64,000 bases of DNA from Epiperipatus broadwayi (Eukaryota > Animalia > Onychophora), in contig JAQFVV010000004.1 in assembly GCA_028023455.1 (NCBI GenBank), forward strand, positions 16,802,001 to 16,866,000. The letters run 5' to 3'. Of the stretch, positions 37,982 to 51,049 are shown piece after piece. Made by a program: the position numbers and the translations under genes. The notes below the pieces were generated by a model. The model did not search any database, had not been told where the DNA came from, and worked only from the letters and a program-made list of their open reading frames with translations. The number at the start of each line of letters is the position of its first letter. Position 1 is the stretch's first letter.

Positions 37982-39590
37982 ATTTTTATTATTTTTTTTT
38001 CAGTTTTATTAATAACTATTTTCTAATTTAATTAAACATATGTAATTTTTTAATAAAATGCTCTTTTTTTTACCTTTTTATTATTAAGATGAGGCATTTA
38101 ATGTATTTCCAGATAGTTTGGCAGCACTGGGCTAAATTTTTGGAGCCAGCTGAATTACTATTTTTTTTTCAATTATGTGGAAAAAATTCTAAGCTTATAT
38201 TGATTTTCTTCATCTGTTTAAAAAATTTCAGACTCCATTCTAAATTTGGGATGCTAAATTGAGTTCATGATAAAATACAACTAATTAGTGTATCATAAGT
38301 TTCTCTTATTTTTATTTATACTGTTGTGTAATGATATATAAAATCAATTTCAAAATAAAGTGTAAATTGAATTGAGTATTACAGTGAAACAATATGTTTA
38401 AATAAAGTTCAATAATATTATCAACTAAATATATCTTTTGTTTTTTCAATGTTATATGTAAGTGATATCAAGTCCATATGAGAATTTAAATAGGACTAAT
38501 TGCAATTACTAACTGAAATTCAAATATAAAATATCATATTATCAAATGCTAAATTATTTCAGCAGCATTGTGAGACAAACATAAAGTCCAAATAAATAAT
38601 GATTTAATCAGACTTTTAATGTTTGTCTCACATCACTGCTAGAATAATTTAATGTTTGGTAATATGGTTATTTTATATAAAAATATATATACGCAGCCCT
38701 GAGATCATATGTTTCTGAAATAATAATTTTTATATGTATTATAAGAATCCTTCATAACTCAGATTTTTTAGAAATCATTTTAATAAACTTGCAAATGACA
38801 TCCTCATATATTAATCTACTAACCAGACAAAAAAATGAATACACTTCTGTCTCCTTAAAAATTTATTAGGTGTGAAACATGCTAGCAGTGATCTGAGTAA
38901 AACCTCAATCTAACCAGCTTATAATTTATTGTAACATCTTACAACAAATTCATTTATGTATATATAGTAACAGAATTATGCCTGCTAGTGATTATGTTCT
39001 ACCTTCATGATTCTAGAGAATGATGGTATCTTGCAGGTAACCATGTGCAAGATGAGGTGACTATAATCTTAAAATGTAATTCTATTCAATCATCACCATT
39101 GATAATGATCAGACTGAAAGAGGTTGATTCAAGGCAAACTCCAATCATATTTGCAGACTATAATCTATCCCCACACATAATAATCTAATAGATTAATTAG
39201 CCCTATCAGAGAAGCTATATCATAACTTATACTAAGTCTTAAATATAAGTCAAATACTTGTATGATGGATGAGAAATCGATAAGAAAGGAGGCTTTTTTT
39301 TTAATTATAACAATTAATTTATTAATAACAGTAAAAAAAAAATGTAAATAAAACAAATTAACTTTCTCTAGCTCCTTGTATTAATAAATTTCATAATCAA
39401 AAAAAAATATTTTAGAATCGATCAGTAAAATCATTCAAGCATATTATGACTTAATTCATTTTATTTCAATTCTTTTAGTCCCCCTAAATGTAATTGATTT
39501 CCTAGCTCCAGAATTAATAATATGAGAATATGTCTAAATGCGCTAAAACGCAGGCAATGGTGAAGCTAAGTACAAATTATATATTAATTG

Positions 39591-39632
39591 GCCGAGTGCT
39601 TTCAAGAAGTTTTATCTTCTCATAATCATAGC
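39591..39632 (-). ncRNA. Minimal hammerhead motif, A3-U8 core variant (family 2)
   Basis: Sense GCU-AUGAUUAU-GAGAAG(AUAAAA)CUUCUU-GAAA-GCAC-UC-GGC. Confidence 0.65.
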
Positions 39633-39683
39633 AAATGAGTTGTGTGAGCATGATAAAAAATGTATGCAACAAATATTTAAATA

Positions 39684-40640
39684 CACCTGAGTCTCGTTTT
39701 ATGCAGATTATTTTAATGCGATTTTGAAGTTATGCGATTCACATTTCTTCTTAATATCTTTCATATTTCACTATATTTATTAGATATCAAGAAATTTAAA
39801 TTATTAATAACTTATTTTGACTTGAAATACTTTTTTTTCCCAAAAAAATATAACGTTATATTAGCAGCAGCTAACGTGAATATGGCCTTAAGCTGTATTT
39901 AGAACTTAGCTTCTATGTAAATAACCTATTTATACTAATGAGTAAATAATAATAATAGATGTATATTTACATATAAAAATATCGCAATATATATTCAAAA
40001 AATTTAAACTTTTAAAACGTATTATGTTATATATAACAGAAATAAATAATCTTTTAGATTTTTAAAATAAAAAACGAAGATTTTATAAACTGAAAATAAT
40101 CTTTCGAATGATAATATTTTGATTGCATTTAATTTTTTAAATATAGAAACAGAAAACCATTAACACAGCACAAGACTGAAAATGGCGTTGTTGTACATCA
40201 CATCACGAATAAAAATAAAGTGGCTTAACAGGTTTCTCTGTGCATAATTGCTGAGAGATTCTTGACTTCGTTTAAGGAGAAGCCACAATACATCACATCA
40301 CATCGAATCTGATTTCTTATCAGTTTACAAACGAATGCTAGCAGTAATGATTAAAATATGTATGGAAAATGTAAAATTAAATACTGTAGTAATAAAAAAA
40401 GTAAAAAAAAATTGTCTTGTATTAATATTTTTCAAATATTTGAAATTTTTTATTAGTCATACTTTATTTGCTTATTTTTTTAATGCGAATTTAAAAGTAA
40501 TTTTTCTTTGTTGCTTTGCTTTTATGCGAATTCAGAAAATTATAGCACCTACCCCCATTTTTCAAGGTAAATTAAGTCTATTTTTGTGCGATTTTTTTTA
40601 ATGCGGGTTTTCTGTGGAACCATAAAACGAGACCCAGGTG
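39684..40640. mobile_element. Tc1/mariner-pogo (Tigger-like) MITE, 957 bp
   Basis: TIRs CACCTGAGTCTCGTTTTATG / CATAAAACGAGACCCAGGTG, TA on both sides, subterminal TTATGCG/TAATGCG repeats. Confidence 0.85.
40212..40303. repeat. ~90-bp dispersed repeat, copy 2 (inside the MITE)
   Basis: Matches 21597-21687; GTGGCTT...AAGCCAC terminal stem. Confidence 0.85.
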
Positions 40641-43189
40641 TATATACAAAGTGGATTAGAGAGTCCATTTTTTGGAGAGAAGCATGCTTCCAGTTTATAG
40701 TATAGGTGCCGTTAGCTATAAGACATGCTTTTTTGATTTTTACATTTAGCCATGGCATTCTATGCATGCAATGGAAGCAGATGATGATTCAAATATATAG
40801 CCGGTGGATCTTTGGTGTTCTAAAAAGATGAAATTATATTCAGGTTTATTCAGAACTCTTTTATATAAAGAACTGCTGAGAAACACGAGTGGAGAGAGAC
40901 ATATGGAATTTGCCATAATATATGACATTGCATCTGACTTTTGGGCATGGGATTTTGTACATTGTGTGAGGAGTCGGCTCAGAGGGTAGGCTGTCTTTTG
41001 AATTGTTAATTAATCTATTAGTTGATGGGGTATATGGGTGGAAGAAGAAACCATGGACTGTCATCCTTGGTAAGGTTGATATGTGACTTCTGGTAAAATT
41101 GTTTTACCATTCTTGTGAGATGGCTGGGTTTGAATCCAACATTAATGAGATCTTTTATATATTTGTTTTATTTTAATTTTGTGGGAGGCTTCAAATTTAG
41201 ATAAATGATAAATACGGAAAAGGAATGATGAGAGACCTGAAAATTTGTGTGTGCATGGAGAGATTGATTTAGGGTGTGTGAAGTTTCTGATGCCCAAAGG
41301 TTTCATATACATAGTGTAGTTTAGTTGACTTGCATATCATTTTATGCGAATGTCCAGATATTTAATCTTGTTGTGTAAGTCTTCTCAAGTAATAGTAAAC
41401 GATATGCCTGGACATCTGATTAAATATTGATGATGGATGATTCAGGTCCAGTGGCAAAGACATCATCAACATAACAGTTATAAATAAAGTTGGAAGTGTT
41501 ACTGAAGTATTTAGGAAGGAGTTAACTTCAAAATGGGGTTTAGGTATATGCTGGATAGAATTCCACTAAGTGGTAATCCCATGGGCCAATCATCTGTCAT
41601 ATGAAAATATTGTCCGTTGAATGTGGCGATGAAAGAAAATCACAAATAAAGGTGATGAGTGTCTGTGGATAATTGCTTTTTACAAGTTCCGTTTGGACGA
41701 TATTAATGGAGTGATTCCGATTAATGGAACTGTATAATTCAGTAATGTCTAAAGAAGAAATTTTATATTCTGGTTTTAGCTTACAGTGTTTGATGTGAGC
41801 AATGAAGTCAAAAGAATGGTATAAGCACCAATATCAAACTCTAAAATCAAGATTTAAAACAATCTTAAAAATTACATAAATATAATTTTATAATATATAA
41901 AATTTACAAAATAAAAAGTAACATTTTAAGAAATGATTACAAATATTTAGACCCAAAATATTAACCTTTGAAGATACATTGTGATGTATATTGAATATCA
42001 TAATTGAATAATGAAATATAACAATTATTTTAACATTTAAAATATTGATCATTTTTAGCACTTTCTTAGATATGATTAAGGATTTATATTTTGATAACAA
42101 ACTCTACAGTCTAGATTTAAAAAATCTTAAAAATTACATAAGCATAATAATATATAAAATTTAGAAATAAAAAATATAAGAAATGATTAAATATTTAGAC
42201 CCAGAATATTCTGAACTTCGATGATTCTATCATGAAATACAGAAAAATAATAGTTCATATCACGTACCAATGGATGATATATACTGAAAGGAATATTCCG
42301 AAAGTACTAGTAATTAACAAAACAATAAAAAATAAAGTTTCAAACAATAAAAAGGTGGCTTCTATTCCATCTGATAACAGTCATGTAAATATAACTTTAT
42401 TTAAAAATATAAATGTGTTTAGAACAAATAAAGCTCTCTGTATATCCTGTAAGCAATGGATACTATATTTTCAAAATTTGATTTTAATAATGACAATACA
42501 AAAGAGTGAATTTTTAATAATTGTAAATAAATCTGTGAAGAAATTCTATGAAGAAAATTATTTTGAAATGTATTAAATCCACAATAATGGCTAATATAAC
42601 TACATCATAATATGGCCTTTTTAAAAAAAAATTTTTTTTTTCAATCAGTCTATAATCAGTAAAGAATAAATTAGTCAAGAATTAAAAACTGTAATAATTT
42701 ACTAAAGAAAATATCAAATTTTCCAGATCCTAATTCAAAAGGATCCATTAACATTATTAAGAAAGATTTGAAATATAAAATTTAAAAATTTATAAAAATA
42801 TGTAATAAATTTTATTTGTGTTGAAATCTTTGAAGAAACATAAGTTTCATGAGGTGATACTAGTCTGTAGTGTCAAAATTATGTCAAGCTGACCTCAAAA
42901 GTTTTTATGAAACCAAATAGTCAATAAAAAAAAAATTTCAGTGTGTGAATATTTTAATAGACATCTTCTATTGGTCCATCTAATAGTCAAGACAAATAAA
43001 ACAAGCTTGATTTTATATCCTGAAAAATTAGATTCCCATCATCTAATCCTAACTTAAATTATATAATTTCCCCATTAAATCTGTTATTTATAATATAGGG
43101 TATATGAGCATAGACTTTCACATGATCCACCACTCTCCACTCTATCTAATAACACTGATACACTCAAGCACATATATGCTGAAAAGATA

Positions 43190-43390
43190 AATAATCACAA
43201 ATATATGTATTTCATGCTAAACCAGCAATCATCAGTTGGTCCAGATTATCATCTCCCACACATATATACTATAAGTGCTCAGATATATATTAAGATAGAC
43301 AATCTACATACTTTAATGGACAGGCTCCAATCCACTACACATTCCAACTCTTCAACCGTCCATCCAATTGAAAATTTTATGCTGATATAT
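43190..43390 (-). repeat. Diverged third copy of the family 3 HHR repeat
   Basis: Sense GGACCAA-CUGAUGA-UUGCUG(GUU)UAGCAU-GAAA-UACA-UA at ~43200-43242; upstream sequence loosely matches 22600-22720. Confidence 0.7.
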
Positions 43391-43399
43391 CATTTCATC

Positions 43400-44600
43400 A
43401 AAAAATCAACAAGAAACTGGAAAAATGTTCATAAAAATAATGTAAGATATAGATGAATATTATTATCCTTCTTATATAGAGACTGACTAAAATAAGATTA
43501 ATGAATTTGTAGAGACAGTAGACATTCAAAAACCATTCTCACAATGTGTTTCATATTTTATTTAAAAAAAAAAAACAGTTTCACTAAAATAAAAGAATAG
43601 GGATAATTATAGAACAATTACTACTTAGAATAGTACTGCTTGAAAAGTCTTCTAAAGAATTGTCAACTTCTTTGTTATATATATGAAAAAAAAAAACATA
43701 TGATAGTTGAAATATATTTTAGATTAACTATCTGTGTTTGACAAACAAGAATACAATTGTGTACTCTCAAATATCAAAAGAAACTGAAGAATGGGATTAG
43801 TACACTTTTAACAAAAGTTTATCCAAAGAAACAAATAGCTTTGGTATATTGATACTTCCTAATGAAAACTGATTTATTTCTTAAAAAAGAAAGACAGATC
43901 TCCAAAATCTTCCAATTCTAATTCAGACTAAAATTCATTACCTAAATTCAGTATCTAATAATAAACTGCCTACAATTTGATATTAATTTAAGTAAATGCA
44001 TATATGCAAAAAATGATTCAGAAATTTAAAAAAATAATGCTAATCAAGTTTATTTTAATATAATCCATTGTATAAGTTGAAGAGATCAACAGAAAAAGTA
44101 CCACTTCAAAAATTTTTACAATTATTGACAAGGCTTCAATGAAAAAAAAAAAAGTTTATTGTTTGGGAATTTATAAGAAATTTGGGTATCAGAAATAACA
44201 GCTGGAGCTGGAAGCCATAACCCTTAATATCCAGTTCACTAAATTATATAGGATAAAGCTTCAATCATTCTGAAGATTTATAATATATTGAACAGGTTTT
44301 GGATATTTTAAATTTAATTAAAGTTATAAATAACAAATTCTGTTCCTGGTTGAATTTATCACTGAACATACAAAAGCAAATTGATTCTCATAATGATAAA
44401 ATTAAATCTTGAGAACAAACTTTCCTGCTGGAACTAAAATTTATAATGAAGAAATATTATTTTACATACAATGTATTAAAAAAAAAATCCGTAGAATATA
44501 TATCCTGAGAACACGAGATAAATTGATTGCTTCATTCCATATCAAATATCAATTAGCCTCAAATTGTAGACAATGCAAGAGATTAGGACTCAGTCCCTTT
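43400..44600 (-). mobile_element. Highly decayed non-LTR-type RT region, immediately 5' of the family 3 HHR repeat
   Basis: Remnants in correct order: YENQFAF (~44370-90), LDIKG (~44225), SGTFSVDLFNLY (~44075-44105), FAY (~44000). Confidence 0.5.
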
Positions 44601-44898
44601 GATATACACTATGTATAATCTATTATGTGTTAAATTTATTATTCTTTTGATTATATTTAATAGAAATATAAAGCTTATCTATAAAAATATATCTATTAAG
44701 TTTTGTCAATATTTTAATAAAATCATTGCTATAAAATTCATAATTACACAATGATAACTTAATTTATAAATAGACATTTTAATAAAAATGTTCATTTAAA
44801 AATTTAAAAAAATAAAGCAGTGAAAAATATAAACATTTACAGAAAAAGTTACTTAATGTATAAATTAATAAAATTCTTTAAAAATCTGATTATAATAA

Positions 44899-45423
44899 TT
44901 ATTTATCGTAGAATTTTTCATAAAGTTGGGGTAAAATCATCATTCTCATTATTTCTTGATTAACATTTTCTTCAATTTTCCATGAATAGCATATAATTTT
45001 TCGTTCATATTTTTCAAATAATTTGCCCCAAGCATGAAATAAATATCCTTGTTTACCATCAAGATTTTTATATTCAATTTGAGTAGTAAGTTGCTTTTTT
45101 AATTCTTTAGCTAATCCACTGGAATATGCTTCTAGTTCATCAACAACAGATAAGGCAGATATATTGACTGTTTTAGGTAATCCATTACAACGAAATTCGC
45201 TCCGAATATCATTTAATGGGCAAATACACCTAATTACACCTGTACCATCATCAATATAAATTATAAATTCATTTTCTTTTCTTTGTACTTTTATTATTAT
45301 ACCAAAAACATCAACCTTTGTAACACTTATGTTTTTATAAAGAAAAACTCCTTTCTGATGAGGGTCTTCTGGAATTATCAAAAAATCACGAATATACATC
45401 TGACAATGCATCAAAGAATCCAT
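44899..45423 (-). CDS. STN1: CST complex subunit STN1 (OBFC1) homologue, N-terminal OB fold only
   Basis: MYIRDF..KGVFLY..VDVFGII..IDDGTGVIRCIC and WKIEE..QEIMRMMILPQLYEKFYD match human STN1 LYIRDI..PGVFLY..VDVLG..VDDSTGVINCIC and ARMLELPTIYRKVYD. Strong T-run-CAG acceptor at 45434-36, so the exon likely starts at 45433 with an upstream exon. Confidence 0.9.
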   Translation of the reverse strand: MDSLMHCQMYIRDFLIIPEDPHQKGVFLYKNISVTKVDVFGIIIKVQRKENEFIIYIDDGTGVIRCICPLNDIRSEFRCNGLPKTVNISALSVVDELEAYSSGLAKELKKQLTTQIEYKNLDGKQGYLFHAWGKLFEKYERKIICYSWKIEENVNQEIMRMMILPQLYEKFYDK

Positions 45424-45825
45424 TAGCAGACATCTGAAAAAAAAAATTATTATAATAATATTAGATTTGTTTAAAGCAGTACTTTAGTTATCAATTACAT
45501 TAATAGTAATAAATTAATTAAGCATCATTACATATTATAAAAGCAATATCATTATAAATATTTAGCTAGAAAAATTTGTGTTCATCAATATCACCACCAA
45601 AATTTAGAAAAATTAAAGTATTCTTAATTTTTTATTTTTAAAAATATAGTAGTAGTAAAAATTAACAAATATACAATCAGCTAAATTGTTTATTAATTAC
45701 AATTTTTTATTTTTTCAAAATCCTTAATTAATAAAAGTAGATGACAGCGTGTACTCCTACTTAATATAAAATGCATAAAAAATAGCCATGCACAAAATCT
45801 CCCTTTTTTGAGACAGTTTAAATAC

Positions 45826-45848
45826 TGAAATTGATATTCGCCATTCAT
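45826..45848 (-). CDS. STN1: Possible short first coding exon of STN1 (MNGEYQF-Q)
   Basis: ATG at 45848 and a CA|GTATTT donor give phase 2, matching the acceptor at 45433; weak donor, inference only. Confidence 0.25.
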
Positions 45849-46056
45849 TGCAATTAATATTATGAGTTATATAGTTATTTATAAACACACTAAATAAAAG
45901 ACTAATTGTATATTAGTTATTAACATCAAAAAATATATAATCACATGACCTCAGCTTACACAAATGCTTTTCAGGAGCAAACTACTACCACCTATTGTTA
46001 AGCTTGAGTAATCAGTTCTTATTAAATCCTTATCTAATGCTGTTTTGTTCACATCG

Positions 46057-46095
46057 CCAGACCAGAAACTAGCTTATGGTTTTCATCAGTGAGGA
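46057..46095 (-). repeat. Family 1 HHR fragment with an in-place 11-bp inversion
   Basis: CCAGA-CCAGAAACTAG-CTTATGG..TCATCAGTGAGGA versus CCAGA-CTAGTTTCTGG-CTTGTGG at 58829-58851. Confidence 0.6.
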
Positions 46096-49000
46096 GTTTT
46101 TTTTAGTACAATCAAATTGCAGACTGATCAAGATAAGAATATTGTTTTATTTTAGTGATCTAAGAGTTAATCCAGAAATCTTTAGCTTTTGAGTTTACCA
46201 TTCTAGAGCAGGAATGCCTTTACACTCAATAATAATAAAAATTATACACCAAAACTGGCATATATAAGCTAATGTTTTATGCTTTATTCTCAGCTGAGAA
46301 ATATAGCAATAGACTGAATTAAAAAAAACATTGAATAATTCCTAATTTATTGATGAAGATTTGAAGTCAATGTTGTCTAGGTAAAAAAAATCCTTTTACT
46401 AAATAATCTCGGTATAAGATGGTTGCAAATGTTTTAATTTTCTATTTTAAATTACAACCAATTATCTTTCCCATAATGACACAAATCAATTAAGACTGAT
46501 AAAGTTTCTGAATGTATAGAGATATGGCTGTTGTTGCAAGAAGATTTGGATAAAACAAATCAACTTTAACCCAAAGATTTAGTCTCTGGTTTGATTTAAA
46601 AAAAAAACAATAACTTTGTGATAACTACTCCAGACAATATTTAATGGTGAATACAAATAGATTCATACTTATAATATTTAATATTCCAATATTAATAAAA
46701 ACCTGATAGTAGCATATAAAAAGAATGTAAATCAAATCTTGCCCTTTATTTCAAACTGTAAAGGCAATCATATTTCTCTCTTGACTAATGAAATAAGAAA
46801 AGTGATTCAGAACATGCATAAAATCTTTTGCTGCTGCTCACATCAAGGAGATATTTTTTTGTTAATGAATTAATTGTTTTGAGGAGAATACATATTCAAA
46901 ATCTTTGGCAATAAGTATCCTCCAAATAACAATCATATTGCATCTGAAAATAATTACTTTTAATTAACTATACATAAATTTGTCACAATGAGTGTGTCTC
47001 AACAGATTTGAGTATTTTTGAGATAAGTTACCCAGTCACTATCATGAAAATCTACATGTACATAACCAATATAAATTTTTTGAATTTGGTAAGGAATAAA
47101 AAAAAAGTCTAATGAATCTAGTATACTCCAGAAGTATCTTTAAAGCAACTCACTCCCAGATATTTTTTAAAATTATTTTTTATTATTTCAGATACAACAA
47201 TATTAGCAGCAAGATAGAACAATGCTATACTTAAAATTAATCCACATAAGACTGAAATTAGGAACCTAATCTTTATCTTGGCATAGATCTTTATGAATGA
47301 AGCGAAGCCAATTTTTGTTGAAATTTCTCAATATCTTGTTGGTGTTGATAAGTGAGACACTCAGTAGCATTCATCACAAAAAGGAAAATAATTTCTTATT
47401 GAACATTAGAGATCACATTGCAGATTTATAATGAAAGATTTAGATTCTGTGACTAACTTATGAGATATTCATTAATTATGCATAAATTCACAACACCCTT
47501 GCAAATAATATGAACTTCATAATTCTTATAACTTTATTTTTTGAGTTAGTAATAAACTGATGGATGATGTGAAAAGAGGATTCTCAGACAATCTTGTCAC
47601 AGCAAGTTCTTATAATTTGTTATAGTAATGGTATACTACAAACTTCCTTAAATGTTAGTAAAAATGTTCAATTAACAACTAGTAATAACAGAAATTTTAT
47701 AACAAGACTATCTGGAAAATTAACTGGACCAATTATAATCATGTATAGTTAGTAAATATAATATGATATTATCTGGCATTTTGGACCGTATTGAGATTTA
47801 TAGTCTAATATTTCCCATTAGCTTGGAAATGCTCATATTTTTGCCATTACGATAGCAAGTTCATCTCATTCTTATAAATTATATCCAATTAATCCTAAAA
47901 ATCTCTAGATAAACATTTAAACCAATCACTATATCACTCATTGATCCATTATATTTTAAGGGTATTTATATGAATTATGACACATTTATCATAATTCATC
48001 ATGGATTTCTTAACTTTCTAATTCTTGTAACTTAGTCTTCTAATGCTACATTTAAAAAATTCCTATATAGTGCACATTAAGCAACTATATTAACTCTATA
48101 ATAAAAAAAAGGCAATTATTTTAATTTAATATTTATCTTAGCTTTAATTTAGTCATGCACCTATTAATAGATTACAATTGTTATTTATCTTATACATGTA
48201 TAATAAAAGTATCAAGTGAGTCAACACAATATTGGAGAAAATAACCAAGATTTATAATTTAACAAGAAGATTAAACAAATGTTATCGAGGATCTATTATC
48301 TTAGAATAAACTATATATCATCTTAGGCATTCTATCAACACAGATTCCTTGGAATATTTTAAATCTTAATAATGCTTAACATATTAGTTTTGTTGTCTTT
48401 AATATTTAATAATCCATTTTAGTAAGAATATCCTAAAGATTAATATTTAAGGTACACAGCTTATCTAAAACATCAGCTAGGAATTAATAGTATTCTTTTT
48501 ATATTATTTAATGCTGTATTATCCTGTTTGGCCAATCTCTTTACTATTGAAAGTATACTCATGATGCTAAATAGATGCAGATGAATGCAATGAGAATATT
48601 AAAACTTCAATAATACTAATGATATTCTAAACTTAAGAAACAATAATTATGATATGCAAACTGAAACTAATGTAATGTTTAAAGAATCATCATCAAAAAT
48701 AGTATCATGAATTATTCCTTTATCTAGAGGAACATTAAAACCCTATTAATTAAGCTGTGCATCTTGCTTATCAGTATACAACTCTGCAGTTTGCATAATT
48801 ATTTATGACATTTGGCTTCTGGTTCCCTAAACTTTAACAATGAAAGGATATACTGGACCTATTCTGAATCAGGATTTCATGGAATATGTTAAGTCAGGTA
48901 AGTCATTATTTAATAAAATCAGAATTTTCATGGTCATTACTAGACAAAATCAGAGCTTTAACAGACACACCTATCTAGTATAACGCATAGACATATTCAG

Positions 49001-49599
49001 AAGTTTCGTGGAATATATTATAATGAAAACTGATGATGCTAATAGGCAATATGATCATATCCATATTGATCTATTAAAATACAATGAAAAATAGGTTTTT
49101 ATAATTATTTGCTTGAGATGCTGATTATATGCGCTTTGTAGATACGTACGCAACATATTGATACTTCATAAGATACTAAACTTTACTGAAGATCACCATT
49201 AAATCTAATTTAAATGTTAAAATTTATAATTTTATAAGACAGTGGAATAAAGATCTACTAATCACAATCTCTAAACACTTCTAAACCCATTTAATGATTA
49301 TGCTCGAAGATAAGATCAATCTTATTTTTCTAAGACTCATCCCCAATATATATATATATATGAATAAAGACATTATATAGCTTATTTATTTCAATGGCTT
49401 GATATTCAACCATGCCATAGAGTGCCACATGCAGTTACGCCCACAAGATTTCTGATGTCATATCAAGACATTTACCCAATCGTTTTCTACTGTTCTAACT
49501 TCAACAATAAGCATGATTCTCCTAAATTTCCCTCCTAACCAAATACATAAATACACATACAATATATAGATAAGTCAGAAATTATTTTATAATAATACT

Positions 49600-50950
49600 T
49601 CATTTAATTAATAACATAAAAAAATACAAGACACATAAAAAATATACATTTAATTATATACATTACAATATTTATACAAATTAATTTGTTAATTTATCAT
49701 TGAAAATAATTTTTACTAGCTATTGCATAAAAATTATATGTCCTCTTTTATAAACAAAAAAATGTAATACTTAGTTTTCAGATACAAGATAAACCTTCCA
49801 CCTCTATTAACTCTTCCAATAAATTTCCATCCACAATATTCATTATGTCAAAAAAATAATAAATATACAATTAGATTTGTTTCCTTTATCTTTTCTTTCC
49901 TTTTTTTTAAAAAAAGGTTAAAAATTGAACTACTAGCATTTCTCTATAAATATTTCAACTAATAAAAAAAATCTGAACTTAAAGGTAATATTTATGAATA
50001 AAGAGAAAAATTTCATTAACATAATAATTTATTACACTACAACTATATATACAATTTAATACCAATAATAAAATTAATGAGTTCACTTTTTTAAATGTAT
50101 GCAAACACACTCTACGATATTTTATTATTACTATCAATATTTTTAATGATCAAGGTTTTTAATTTTTTTTTTGTATTTATATATTGGATTATTTCCATCA
50201 TTTAATATGAGTATTGAATGTCTTTAGAAAAATTAAACTTGATTTAAATATTCCAAATATATTCAAGTTAGTAATAGCGTACAGGTTAGTATATGCACAA
50301 CATTTCGAGAGGTATCATTCTCTCCTCTTCTTCAGGTGTTGTTGGCTTAAATATGACAGTATTAGCATGAAAATTGAATCTGGACCTTTAAATTCTTGAG
50401 TGTTGAATTTTAAGGTGAAGCTTCTTATACAGCTCTTCATTTGATTTTTAAAAAAACAACTATTGTAGGTGATAACTAGTATTTTCCCGAGTCCAGACTT
50501 CTATTCATAATTCTAATAATAACAGGTTTCTTTCTGTCAAAACAGTCATGCTTAGAGATGAAAACACATTAAAGTTCTTCCCCTCACTACATTTAATAAA
50601 TTTGGCTATATGGACATCATTGAAGCTGAATTCTAGATAAATAGAGTATACGCTGTTGTTTTTAATTTGCAGAATTTTTTTTATTTTCCTGTTCCTATAA
50701 ACTTTTGAATAATTTTTATACTACTTCTTGGCAATAAGTAGTAAGTCCAGCTATTCTTACTTCAAATTGTAGACTAGCAAGGCTAAAATTTTAAGTTCTG
50801 AAAATACCAACGTATCTGTTTTCAGGTTAGTCCCATGATTTTTCATTACCTTGTTTCTTAAATATTTTCTAATAATTTTTAAATTCCCAATATGGAAGAC
50901 AAGAAAATGATTAACATCATTTTATTACAAAAACAAATAAAAAACATATT
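49600..50950. repeat. Diverged interspersed repeat, related to 53300-54400
   Basis: Shared blocks e.g. AATACTTAGTTTTCAGATA (~49767/53343), AATGAGYTMACTTTTTT, ATTTTCCTGTT; probably an old LINE 3' region. Confidence 0.55.
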
Positions 50951-51049
50951 TTAATACTTCTATTACAATTATTGCTTTTATTTTTATAAAGGTCATTTTC
51001 TATTTAAATAATTTGTACATTTACTTTTAATTAAATAAAACTTAATATC

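Larger units (their letters stand above)
39570..41830 (-). mobile_element. Penelope-like element (RT + GIY-YIG, decayed) interrupted by a MITE
   Basis: SSLDITELYSSI, WPMGLPLSGILSSIYL, YVDDVL, MYKIPCPKVRCNVIYYGK..SLSTR; 3' sequence CTCTCCAAAAAATGG shared with the PLE at 62.1-63.3 kb; terminal HHR at 39591-39632. Confidence 0.85.

Noticed and set aside
40212-40303. Hammerhead reading of the 90-bp repeat (GTCAAGA...GAGAAACCTGTT)
   Set aside because: Essential G5 missing in both copies and stem II weak
47400-49200. Possible decayed plus-strand non-LTR RT with CALC-like knuckle
   Set aside because: Motifs too eroded; no supporting ORF
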